Part shown: one piece after another, positions 19,751 to 28,942 of the stretch | How positions within the stretch are numbered: position 1 is the first letter of the stretch | Layout of the letters: every line of letters starts with the position of its first letter | Assembly: GCA_050173015.1 (NCBI GenBank) | Contig: JBFXLE010000014.1 | Coordinates: forward strand, 36,474-100,473 | Reading direction: 5' to 3' | From: Calditrichaceae bacterium | GTDB taxonomy: Bacteria; Calditrichota; Calditrichia; Calditrichales; JBFXGD01 | Length of the DNA: 64,000 nucleotides | Notes under the pieces: generated by a model | What the model was told of the DNA's origin: nothing | What the model saw: the letters and a program-made list of their open reading frames with translations, nothing else | The model's database searches: none | Translations under genes and position numbers: made by a program

Positions 19751-20611
19751 ATGAAGAAAACCGCATATCTTTTGGTAATACTATTGCTTCTTATTGTATT
19801 TATTTTGTCCGGAAGAACAGATTATACTTCAGACAGATCCTCTCTCCGAAACTCGTTCGCGCTTATTATGCGGAATTCTTCGCTCATAGATGATCCTGAA
19901 CTGAAAGAAATTTCAGGTCTGGCCTCATCTGAAGACGGTCGGCTATTCTGCCATAATGATGAGACGGGGATTGTGTACGAGGTTGACCGGAAAGAAGGAA
20001 AAATTATTAAAAAATTCTTTCCCGGTAATAAAATTATAAAAGCTGATTTTGAAGGCATTGCCATTGCGGACGATGAATTTTATATGGTGACCAGCAGCGG
20101 AGAAATTTATGAATTCAGTGAAGGAGAGGACAACGCGTTTGTCGGGTATAAGTTCTATGATACGGGACTTCCGGCCAAATGTGATATTGAAGGTTTGTGC
20201 TATGATCCCGAAACGGACTGTCTTCTTTTAGCCTGCAAGGGGTATCCGGGAAAAGGTTATGAGGGATCGAAGGCCGTCTATTCGTTTTCACTGAATACGA
20301 AATCTTTGATTAAGGAGCCCCGATTTCTTCTGTCTGAAAAATTACTAAAAAAACAGACAGGTGAAAAAAATTTTTATCCGTCCGGAATAGAAAGAAATCC
20401 TGTTACAGGCACCTTTCTTATCATATCTGCCCGCGCGAAAGCTATCATCGAAATTTCAGGGGACGGTGAAATCTTAGGACATGCGGAGCTCGACAAAAAA
20501 GTGCATGATCAGCCTGAGGGGATTACTTTTACTCAGGACTTGAATATATTGATAAGTGATGAGGGAAGAAAAAGCGGAAAACTCACCCTTTATAAAAAAA
20601 CAAAAAGTTAA
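19751..20611 (+). CDS. SdiA-regulated/YjiK-like secreted beta-propeller protein
   Basis: Signal-like N-terminus; repeated blades EISGL, DFEGIA, DIEGLC, YPSGI, QPEGITF. Confidence 0.8.
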   Translation: MKKTAYLLVILLLLIVFILSGRTDYTSDRSSLRNSFALIMRNSSLIDDPELKEISGLASSEDGRLFCHNDETGIVYEVDRKEGKIIKKFFPGNKIIKADFEGIAIADDEFYMVTSSGEIYEFSEGEDNAFVGYKFYDTGLPAKCDIEGLCYDPETDCLLLACKGYPGKGYEGSKAVYSFSLNTKSLIKEPRFLLSEKLLKKQTGEKNFYPSGIERNPVTGTFLIISARAKAIIEISGDGEILGHAELDKKVHDQPEGITFTQDLNILISDEGRKSGKLTLYKKTKS

Positions 20612-20651
20612 CCAGTGCAAATTCAAGCTAATATTGCTGTCATTGTTAAGG

Positions 20652-23297
20652 ATGAAATTTAAATTGAACCGGATTACGTTAAAAATTTTAATATTATTGA
20701 GTATTTTTTTTCTGAACCGAAATACCGGAATTTGCGAGGCCCGGGAGGCGATTAGCACTAATAATATTACACAGGTCGTTGTTGATCCGGATATTGATGC
20801 CGGTCCTGTCCATAAATTTTTGTGGGGAGGTCACTGGAGAAAATTATGGTCAACCGGAATAAAGGTGCCTGTACTCGATATTAAAAATTTCGACGGCGGA
20901 CTCCTGCCTGCCGGGATAGATACAGGCAAAACCGCCCTGTATTTTAAGAGTACTAACGGAAAATCTTTTAAATTTGAACCAATCGATACCGAATCCCGGA
21001 GCAAATTAGCCTATGATTACCGGCGAACATTCGCTTCATATATCAATGCTGATCAATATAGTACCGCGCACCCCGCGGCGGGATTGGTAACGGCTCATCT
21101 GCTTAACGGAGTTGGGTTATCCACCCCCGAACCCATCTTAATCGCCCTTCCATATCATGTGTTACCGGATTCTTTATTGATTCGGTTCGAGGGCAAGGCG
21201 GGCTTGCTCTATGAAATTCCATCAGATGAATACACTGGTCATGGCCCAAACCGGTATATTGAGTCCTATGAAATATTTGAAGAAACCGAAAATAATCATA
21301 ACAGCAATGTTGACGCGGTGAGCTTATTGAAACACCGGCTGATGGATATTTATCTTGGAGAGAATGAGAGACCGGTTCAGAAATGGAAATGGAAATATGA
21401 TTTAAAAGGGGCTTCTAAAATCTGGCGCCCGGTTCCATCGGAAAGAGATCTGGCATTTTCGGTTCAGGACGGATTCTTCCCCTGGATTATCACTCTCTCC
21501 ATTACTCCGATCGAGGGATTTGGAGAAAATTATCAACAAATTAACAATATGACGTGGACAGGGCGGTACCTTGACCGAAGGTTTCTGACGGGAATTGATA
21601 GATCATTATGGGATTCAGTAACGGTTTCGATTCAGTCAGCATTAACAAATGAGCTTATTGAAAACGCGGTTCGCAAAATGCCGGCGGAATGGTATGAAAA
21701 AGAGGGAAATCGCCTCACCGGCATGCTGAAGAAAAGACGGGATAACCTGAAATCGATTTCTGAACAGTATTACCGTTTATTGTCAGAGTACGTATCTATA
21801 TGGACAGGCAACGGACCCGATTATGTATTAGTCAACCGCCTTGATGATCAAAAACTCGAAGTAACGATTTATAGGAAAGATCCGCAATCAGGAGAAAAAA
21901 CCGGTGAAACGGTGTATCATCGATTCTTTGATGGCGCGGAAACAAAAGAACTACGATTGTACTTGCAGGATGGTGATGATACCGCGATTGTCAGAGGGAA
22001 CACACGTAAGAATATAATTGTCAGAATCGCTGCCGGAAAAGGTAAGGATACTCTGATCGATGAATCCAGGGTCGGGAAGTATCTTTGTAAAATTTTGCCG
22101 GTAACCGTTGATGCCACCGGGACCTACTTCTATGATCCGGATGACGATACGGTTCCGATTGAATCGACAGCTACTAAATCTATCATTGAACCCGATCCCG
22201 AGGAACTCCCTTATGATCCATCGACTGACGTGTATAATGAAAATTACGAACCGCGGGAACGGGATTCGGGATTTGCCTGGAAATTTATGCCATGGTTCAA
22301 CTTTACATCAGATGACGGTTTTGTGCTTGGCGGCGGTCCGGTCAGGTATGAATATGGATTCCGGACACAACCTTATGTTTACAGAATGTCTCTTCTTGGG
22401 GCATACGCGACATACGCCAATACCTATCGTCTTGAATATAACGGGGAATTTTATTCGCTGATACGGGGATGGAGGGTTTTGATCAAAGCCGGTCGGACAG
22501 AACTCGATTATAACAGATTCTTCGGATTTGGTAATGAAACAAAATTCGACGGAAAGCTCGAAGATCAGGGTTATTATAAAACAGAGCAGAAACTGACTGA
22601 ATTTTTAAGCAGATATGAATTTGAGGTTTACCACAAAACAAGATTTTCATTTGGCTTCACTGTTAAAAATTCCGACATACCCGCCAAAAGCAATACCATT
22701 CTTGAAAATTCAGATCTGAACGGAATCGGCGACAAAACTTATTTGAGTTTGTATTCCGGACTGACCAGAGATACAAGAGATCATCAATATTTTCCTCAAA
22801 ATGGAATGTTTGTCACCATAAGCGGAGAATATTTTCCCGAATTGCTCGACAATGGGAATCATTATATAAAGACCGGATTGGATGCCAGGTTTTACACGAC
22901 CACTGAACGATTGAACGCGACACTGGCGGCAAGGCTGTATTCTGAAAAATTATGGGGTGACTATTTCTTCTTCGACGGCGCCTATCTCGGCGGAGGTGAC
23001 AAATTGCTCGGCTACAGCCGTGAAAGATTCGCGGGCGATGCTTCCGTTCTCGGCAGGATGGAGCTCCGTATACCTGTAGCCAAGGTCGAAATTGTTTTTC
23101 CGGCAACTTTTGGCGTCTCATTTTATGGTGAGCTGGGGCGTGTGTTCCGTGATGGAGAATCATCGGACAAATGGCACAATTCCCAGGGCGCGGGCGCGTG
23201 GCTTTCCTATTTTCATAAGCGAATAAATCTAAATTTTACCGCGGCAAACTCTACTGAAGATCTGGCTTTTTATTTCAGAACGGAATTTATGTTTTAG
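20652..23297 (+). CDS. Omp85/BamA-TamA-family outer-membrane protein with N-terminal kinase-like domain
   Basis: Signal peptide from ATG 20652; C-terminal barrel with LGGGDKLLGYSRERFAG motif and terminal Phe; N-terminal RLMDIYLGENER..PSERDLAF segment. Confidence 0.75.
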   Translation: MKFKLNRITLKILILLSIFFLNRNTGICEAREAISTNNITQVVVDPDIDAGPVHKFLWGGHWRKLWSTGIKVPVLDIKNFDGGLLPAGIDTGKTALYFKSTNGKSFKFEPIDTESRSKLAYDYRRTFASYINADQYSTAHPAAGLVTAHLLNGVGLSTPEPILIALPYHVLPDSLLIRFEGKAGLLYEIPSDEYTGHGPNRYIESYEIFEETENNHNSNVDAVSLLKHRLMDIYLGENERPVQKWKWKYDLKGASKIWRPVPSERDLAFSVQDGFFPWIITLSITPIEGFGENYQQINNMTWTGRYLDRRFLTGIDRSLWDSVTVSIQSALTNELIENAVRKMPAEWYEKEGNRLTGMLKKRRDNLKSISEQYYRLLSEYVSIWTGNGPDYVLVNRLDDQKLEVTIYRKDPQSGEKTGETVYHRFFDGAETKELRLYLQDGDDTAIVRGNTRKNIIVRIAAGKGKDTLIDESRVGKYLCKILPVTVDATGTYFYDPDDDTVPIESTATKSIIEPDPEELPYDPSTDVYNENYEPRERDSGFAWKFMPWFNFTSDDGFVLGGGPVRYEYGFRTQPYVYRMSLLGAYATYANTYRLEYNGEFYSLIRGWRVLIKAGRTELDYNRFFGFGNETKFDGKLEDQGYYKTEQKLTEFLSRYEFEVYHKTRFSFGFTVKNSDIPAKSNTILENSDLNGIGDKTYLSLYSGLTRDTRDHQYFPQNGMFVTISGEYFPELLDNGNHYIKTGLDARFYTTTERLNATLAARLYSEKLWGDYFFFDGAYLGGGDKLLGYSRERFAGDASVLGRMELRIPVAKVEIVFPATFGVSFYGELGRVFRDGESSDKWHNSQGAGAWLSYFHKRINLNFTAANSTEDLAFYFRTEFMF

Positions 23298-23319
23298 ATG
23301 GATTTTATATAAAACTCAT

Positions 23320-24048
23320 CCATCCCACGCCTCATCCCTGAAACAGCAGGAAATGGAGAAGAAATTGGGGAATGAGATATTTTGAACAAATCAAATTCCC
23401 TTCCCTTTTGCGTAAGGGAAGGGTTAGGGATGGGTAAGTCCAATCACCAAAACGAGTGCCCTTGCTGGTGGATGCAAATTGCTCTTTGCTACGAAATTAT
23501 GTAAATGCTCAAGTTTCTGACCCATCCCCCGCCCCCTTCCCTGAAACAGCAGGGAAGGGGAGAAGAAATCGGGGAATGAGATATTTTGAACAAATCAAAT
23601 TCCCTTCCCTTTTGCGTAAGGGAAGGGTTAGGGATTGGTAAGTCCAATCACCAAAACGAGTGCCCTTGCTGGTGGATGCAAATTGCTCTTTGCTACGAAA
23701 TTATGTAAATGCTCAAGTTTCTGACCCATCCCACACCTCATCCCTGAAACAGCAGGAAATGGAGAAGAAATCGGATAATGAGATAATTTGAACAAATCAA
23801 ATTCCCTTCCCTTTTGCGTAAGGGAAGGGTTAGGGATGGGTAAGTCCAATCACCAAAACGAGTGCCCTTGCTGGTGGATGCAAATTGCTCTTTGCTACGA
23901 AATTATGTAAATGCTCAAGTTTCTGGCCCATTCCCCGCCCCCTTCCCTGAAACAGCAGGGAAGGGGAGAAGAAATCGGATAATGAGATAATTTGAACAAA
24001 TCAAATTCCCTTCCCTTTTGCGTAAGGGAAGGGTTAGGGATGGGTAAG
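23320..24048. repeat. REP/BIME-like tandem array: four inverted REP doublets, ~203-bp period
   Basis: CCCTTCCCTT-TTGCGT-AAGGGAAGGG palindrome at 23398, 23602, 23804 and 24008; three near-identical ~85-bp linkers; lies between convergent genes. Confidence 0.9.
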
Positions 24049-24063
24049 AAAACTAAAAAAAAC

Positions 24064-25236
24064 TCAATAAATGGTAATCAAAAATGCAATGACGGAAAGG
24101 ATCAGACCGTACATAAATATCACATAGGCGATTCTTAAATATTTATACTTTTTGTTTAAAACCAGCCCTAAGTAGTAAATATCCCGGATCAGATTGTCAT
24201 ACAAATATTCACCGTCTTCCATCAGCCGCTTCATGCTCCATTGATAATCATCAACAGACATTCCTTTAAAATTCCCGAAGAACAGAAGATTCCCCTTTTT
24301 TTTCTCAACATCTTCACGGGTAAGAGTGCTGCTTGTAACTGACGGCTTTGTTGATAATGTAGCGAAGACAATGGTCAGGACACATGTAACAAGCAAAATG
24401 CTGGCGGGTATATTCACCTGGGCTGAGACATCAATTTTTCCTATCAGAAAAGAGATAACAATGGAAATGATCAAAGCGCTGATACTGATAAGTGTATTCG
24501 CTTTGCTGTCAGCTATGGCGCTCAGATTGATGTGATTTCTGGATGTAGTCCTGAATACGGTCTCGATACCGCGCTGGGAAGATTGGGATTCACTTTTATC
24601 TTTTCTTGCCTTCTTGTTTTTTGAAATGGAAAGAGGCTTTGTTTCGGATTCTTCACTTCCGGTTACAAATTTGCTGAGATTTTTAAGTTTTCGTCCCGAA
24701 TACTCCCGGTTCGCGTACTCTGTGTAAAATTTGACAGAGGCGTAAAAATCACGGGTAAGTTTTTCCCACTCGGAATCAGAATATTTCTTACCCAAAATAA
24801 TTTCCCATTCTTTCCGGAGAGCCCGGGTTTTTTTCGATGCGCCCTTTCTGCCGATGTGCAGGATATCCGCATCCCGCATTATTTCTTCCAGCTTATTGGC
24901 AGGTTTCCGGTCAAACTTTGTCGCCCTGATTAATGATGATATCCTATTTATCTTTTCATCCGGATATTTCTGCTTTTCGAGAAATTCCGCGGCGTATTTC
25001 ACACTTATTTCTTCATGCCCCTCATAGGTATCGATATATCCCGTGTCATGAAACCAGGCCGCGATTGTCAGAGCTTCAAGATCGGAATCACTCACATCAC
25101 TACTTTCAGCAATTTCGCGAATATTTTCAACAACCTGCATAGTGTGATCGGGATTATGAAATTTAAACCCCGGGTTTAATTCGTTTTTCAATAATTCTGT
25201 TACATAATCCGAGACCTGATTTATGATCTTATTCAT
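24064..25236 (-). CDS. HD-domain phosphohydrolase fused to Pycsar-effector-like (DUF5706/PycTM) membrane domain
   Basis: FHNPDHT, WFHDTG and DAD HD motifs; C-terminal RTTSRNHINLSAIADSKAN, TM helices, NLLFFGNF, KYKYLR.AY. Confidence 0.82.
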   Translation of the reverse strand: MNKIINQVSDYVTELLKNELNPGFKFHNPDHTMQVVENIREIAESSDVSDSDLEALTIAAWFHDTGYIDTYEGHEEISVKYAAEFLEKQKYPDEKINRISSLIRATKFDRKPANKLEEIMRDADILHIGRKGASKKTRALRKEWEIILGKKYSDSEWEKLTRDFYASVKFYTEYANREYSGRKLKNLSKFVTGSEESETKPLSISKNKKARKDKSESQSSQRGIETVFRTTSRNHINLSAIADSKANTLISISALIISIVISFLIGKIDVSAQVNIPASILLVTCVLTIVFATLSTKPSVTSSTLTREDVEKKKGNLLFFGNFKGMSVDDYQWSMKRLMEDGEYLYDNLIRDIYYLGLVLNKKYKYLRIAYVIFMYGLILSVIAFLITIY

Positions 25237-25401
25237 AATGTTTCTTCCGCGTTACGTGGTAAGACATAGCTTGAGTTAAGTTCAAAAAGGGTATTTGTTG
25301 TTGAATTATAACTTCAATCTAAATATAAAGCAAGAATTCATGTAAATTAATCCATATTTCTAACTCATCCTTATAATCCGCGGAGATCTACCAGAGATCA
25401 T

Positions 25402-25461
25402 CAAATTTTAAGCAAATTTTAAGAGATTACTTAAAAGAATTTAAGATTGGCGCGCTATTAT
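25402..25461 (+). promoter_or_regulatory. Phased TTAAG direct repeats (putative OmpR-family operator) plus -10 box
   Basis: CAAATTTTAAG twice in tandem (25402-25423), TTAAA 25431, TTAAG 25441, TATTAT 25456. Confidence 0.6.
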
Positions 25462-25484
25462 TGATATAAAAAAAGGAGGTTATA

Positions 25485-26027
25485 ATGTTTGATTTCAGTC
25501 ATCTTCATCCAATGATTGTCCATTTTCCGATTGCCTTACTGATTGTAGGGTTGTTTTCAGATCTGACCGGTGTAATAACTAAAAAGAATTTTTTTAGCAA
25601 TGCAGGATTTTATTTATTAATATTAGGCTATATAGGATTAATAGCGGCATTTTTATCAGGAAATTCGGCGGGGGAAGGTGTCGCGGAAACCGGAACCCTG
25701 AAACAGGCTCTCGAAATGCATGAAGAAGCCGCTGAATTATCTGTGTGGATAATGAGCGCGGCTGCCGCAATAAGGATCGCGGTCGTCCTAATGAAAAAAT
25801 ATTCCGGTGTATATAAATGGATCGCAGTTATATTGTTTTTAATCGGCGCGGCCTCCGTTGCGAGAACTGGATATTACGGAGGAGAACTCGTATATAAACA
25901 CGCAGCCGGGGTAACAATAAATCTGGGTTTTGATTTCATGCAGGAAAATGCGGATTCAGAAATCTCAACGCCGCTTCCAGCCGAATCTGCAGGAAATAAA
26001 CCGGAGAATGACAGGGATGATGATTAA
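25485..26027 (+). CDS. DUF2231-family membrane protein
   Basis: HLHPMIVHFPIALL, HEEAA, TGYYGGELVY; 4 TM; RBS AGGAGG. Confidence 0.85.
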   Translation: MFDFSHLHPMIVHFPIALLIVGLFSDLTGVITKKNFFSNAGFYLLILGYIGLIAAFLSGNSAGEGVAETGTLKQALEMHEEAAELSVWIMSAAAAIRIAVVLMKKYSGVYKWIAVILFLIGAASVARTGYYGGELVYKHAAGVTINLGFDFMQENADSEISTPLPAESAGNKPENDRDDD

Positions 26028-26040
26028 TTAAAGGATCAGC

Positions 26041-26706
26041 ATGCGCATTCTGATTGTAGAAGATGAAAAAGGGATCGCGAATTTTATAAGAGACGGGTTA
26101 GAAGAAGAAAATTTCGCCGTCGATGTCGCTTCCGACGGTGTCACCGGCCTCGAAATGTCATTGATCAACGAATATGACGTTATTTTACTGGACTGGATGA
26201 TACCGGGTATTAGTGGCATCGAAGTTTGTCGAAGGATCAGGAAAAACAACAACACAACCCCTCTGATTTTTCTGACAGCAAAGGATACCGTGCAGGATAC
26301 CATATTTGGTCTGAATGCCGGAGCAAATGATTATATCAAAAAGCCGTTTGATTTTGAAGAGCTTTTGGCCAGAATTCGTGTTCAGTTGAGATCCGCCGGA
26401 GACGAAAATGTTCTACTCACACTCGGCGATATTGAGATGAATCTTGAAACACATCAGGTGACGCGTGATAAACAGGAGATATCTCTTACACAAAAAGAAT
26501 TCGCGTTATTGGAATTTCTAATCAGAAACAAAAACAAAGTGTGCAGCCGTACGCGTATCATGGAGCATGTCTGGGATATTCATTTTGAATCGGATACATC
26601 CGTAATCGATGTATATATCAATTTTCTCCGAAAAAAACTAAACCAGAGTGATGATAAAGATCTTATTCAGACGATCAGGGGAGTTGGCTACATCGCCAGA
26701 GATTAA
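26041..26706 (+). CDS. OmpR-family response regulator (CusR/ArlR-like)
   Basis: ILIVEDE, LLDWMIP, KPF; wHTH LTQKEFALL..VIDVYINFLRKK..TIRGVGY. Confidence 0.95.
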   Translation: MRILIVEDEKGIANFIRDGLEEENFAVDVASDGVTGLEMSLINEYDVILLDWMIPGISGIEVCRRIRKNNNTTPLIFLTAKDTVQDTIFGLNAGANDYIKKPFDFEELLARIRVQLRSAGDENVLLTLGDIEMNLETHQVTRDKQEISLTQKEFALLEFLIRNKNKVCSRTRIMEHVWDIHFESDTSVIDVYINFLRKKLNQSDDKDLIQTIRGVGYIARD

Positions 26707-26708
26707 TC

Positions 26709-28100
26709 ATGAATCTGAATCTGAAAAACCGAATTGCTTTTTATTTCATAACCGCGACGGGCACTCTCACCTTTTTACTTTTTCTGGGTATATACTTTGT
26801 TGTTTACAACACGGTGTACACTCATCTCGACGATGATCTTGAACTTGAGGCGGGTGAAGTTTACAAAAGTACGGTGGTACTCGACGGTGAGTTTATCTTT
26901 GCCAACCCTTTTGAGTGGGAAGAAAGGGAACATCTGCAGATAGAAGTCAATCCCACTTTTATAGAAGTTGTGGATACCTCCGGTCGGTCATTGAAAAAAT
27001 CGGGAAATCTATACGACGGTTCTCTGCCGTTCGATCCACTCATCAGGGAGCAAATATTTTTTAATACTTCTCTTAACGGAGATTTAATCCGGATGACCCA
27101 GATTCCAATCAGTAATCCGCACGGTTTAATTCTTGGGCATCTTTTAATCGGTGTTCCGTTGGAAGATTCACAATTAGTATTAACCAATCTAAGAACCGTT
27201 CTTGTAGCGGGATTTCCGATTGTCCTTATTTTGTTGTTTTATCTCACCCGGTTTATTGCCGGAAAGATTATCGCGCCGTTAAACGAGGTGATATCAACCG
27301 CGGAAATAATTACCAGGGAGAACCTGGAACAACGCATCGATCTTCCACGCCATAAAGATGAATTATACACTTTGGCAACAACCATAAATGGTCTGTTGGG
27401 ACGTCTCACAGACGCGCTGGAAAGGGAAAAACAGTTTACGGCAAATGCGTCTCATGAACTTCGTACGCCTCTGGCGGTGATTAAGGGAACCCTGGAGGTG
27501 CTGGTTCGAAAGCCCAGAAAATCAGAGCAGTATATTGAAAAAATCCGTTACTGTATTCAGGAAACCGATCGAATGTCCGGTCTTGTGGATCAGTTGCTGA
27601 TTCTGGCGAGACATGACGCGGGAAAATTGGAGCCGCAATTAATGCTGGTGCGATTAGATGAGGCGGTGCCGGCTGTTCTCAAACGTCTGGAAACAAAAAT
27701 ACTTGATAAAAACATAAACATCGTTTTTGATAATCACCATGCAGCGATGAGTATTAACACCGATCCATCGCTGTTCGGGATAATTCTTGAAAATCTGATT
27801 TCAAATTCCATTAAATATTCAAATCCCGGTGGTGAAATAGAGATAGATTTTAATAAAAACGAATTATTTGTTAAGGATTACGGTCCCGGTATCTCTGAAG
27901 AACAACTTATAAAAATTTTTGATCCTTTCTACCGGGCGGATGCATACAGAAATTCAGATATCTCCGGGGACGGATTGGGTCTAGCGATTGTAAAAAAACT
28001 GTCTGATATTCAAAATATAAAAGTTGACGTTAAAAGCCGTGTAGGAAAAGGAACAACTTTTATACTGCGCTTTCCGGATGATTCGCTTAAAATCGTATAA
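26709..28100 (+). CDS. HAMP-domain sensor histidine kinase
   Basis: 2 TM, HAMP, ASHELRTPL, NLISNSIKY, DYGPGI, GLGLAI. Confidence 0.95.
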   Translation: MNLNLKNRIAFYFITATGTLTFLLFLGIYFVVYNTVYTHLDDDLELEAGEVYKSTVVLDGEFIFANPFEWEEREHLQIEVNPTFIEVVDTSGRSLKKSGNLYDGSLPFDPLIREQIFFNTSLNGDLIRMTQIPISNPHGLILGHLLIGVPLEDSQLVLTNLRTVLVAGFPIVLILLFYLTRFIAGKIIAPLNEVISTAEIITRENLEQRIDLPRHKDELYTLATTINGLLGRLTDALEREKQFTANASHELRTPLAVIKGTLEVLVRKPRKSEQYIEKIRYCIQETDRMSGLVDQLLILARHDAGKLEPQLMLVRLDEAVPAVLKRLETKILDKNINIVFDNHHAAMSINTDPSLFGIILENLISNSIKYSNPGGEIEIDFNKNELFVKDYGPGISEEQLIKIFDPFYRADAYRNSDISGDGLGLAIVKKLSDIQNIKVDVKSRVGKGTTFILRFPDDSLKIV

Positions 28101-28115
28101 ATAAAACATATCAGG

Positions 28116-28175
28116 AAATTTTAAGTAAATTTTTAGACTCCGTTAATATTCCTTTTAGAATCCCCATCGTATCTT
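28116..28175 (+). promoter_or_regulatory. Second copy of the phased operator, upstream of rubrerythrin
   Basis: TTAAG, TTTAG, TTAAT and TTTAG at 28121, 28132, 28143 and 28154 (exact 11-bp phase); -10-like TATCTT at 28170. Confidence 0.6.
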
Positions 28176-28218
28176 TTTGCCGTCAAAACAATCAAACCCA
28201 TTAAAGAGGAGTTATCAA

Positions 28219-28845
28219 ATGAACAGACAATCGTTAGTCACCATGGTCGCTTTGGTTTTTTCTTTTGTGGCATTTTCGTTTGCAGGTACCGGGCAGGGAA
28301 ATGTTAAAACAATTCAAAACCTTAAGGATGCTTTTAAAGGCGAAACAACCGCAAGCGCGAAATATGCAGCGTATTCAAAAAAAGCGAAAGATGAAGGATA
28401 TGAAAAAATCGCTCTGCTTTTCCAGGCCGCTTCAAAATCGGAGAGTATTCACGCGGCAAACCACAGTGCGGCTATTGAGCAGATTGGCGGCAAGATGGAT
28501 CCTGTGACGCCTGAATTTGAGGTTAAATCCACAAAAGAAAATTTGCAGGATGCTATCGCGGGTGAATCGTATGAAGTTGAAACGATGTATCCGGATTTTT
28601 TAAAGGCTGCATCAATCGAGAACGCCAACATCGCGTTGCTGTCCTTTAATTACGCGTACCAAACAGAAAAGAAGCATAAAGTCTTGTATGCCAATGCCCT
28701 GAAAGAGTTGACCGCGGGAAATGAAGGTACGCTCCCGGATCAATATATGGTATGTTCTACATGCGGGAATACCTATGAAGGCGATGCCCCTCAAAGATGC
28801 GGTATTTCAATGACGCCAAAAGAAAGATTTTATACCATCAAATGA
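28219..28845 (+). CDS. Rubrerythrin-family protein with N-terminal signal peptide
   Basis: TIQNLKDAFKGE, ESIHA, GESYE..MYP, EKKH diiron ligands; C-terminal CSTC..CGIS; GAGGAG RBS before ATG 28219. Confidence 0.88.
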   Translation: MNRQSLVTMVALVFSFVAFSFAGTGQGNVKTIQNLKDAFKGETTASAKYAAYSKKAKDEGYEKIALLFQAASKSESIHAANHSAAIEQIGGKMDPVTPEFEVKSTKENLQDAIAGESYEVETMYPDFLKAASIENANIALLSFNYAYQTEKKHKVLYANALKELTAGNEGTLPDQYMVCSTCGNTYEGDAPQRCGISMTPKERFYTIK

Positions 28846-28865
28846 TGACACCAGAGTCATCACAA

Positions 28866-28906
28866 ACCGCGGCATAGTATCACCCCCCCTGTGTCGCGGT
28901 ATTTCT
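28866..28906 (+). terminator. Probable terminator hairpin between convergent genes
   Basis: ACCGCGGCATAG/CTGTGTCGCGGT stem whose two mismatches form G-U pairs on the + strand. Confidence 0.55.
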
Positions 28907-28942
28907 AATAATTATAAATTCGATGATCCTCCCCACTTTTTA

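Noticed and set aside
23456-23849. ORFs 23456-23641 (+) and 23628-23849 (-)
   Set aside because: They are translations of the REP repeats (PSPAPFP, PIPNPSL) and lack RBS or protein-like features
23320-24048. CRISPR array
   Set aside because: The intervening sequences are near-identical rather than unique spacers, the ~203-bp period is too long, and no cas genes are present
16411-25236. Canonical Pycsar defence operon
   Set aside because: The cyclase and effector are 6.6 kb apart on opposite strands; the cyclase is membrane-anchored and the effector is HD-fused. Kept only as a non-canonical hypothesis
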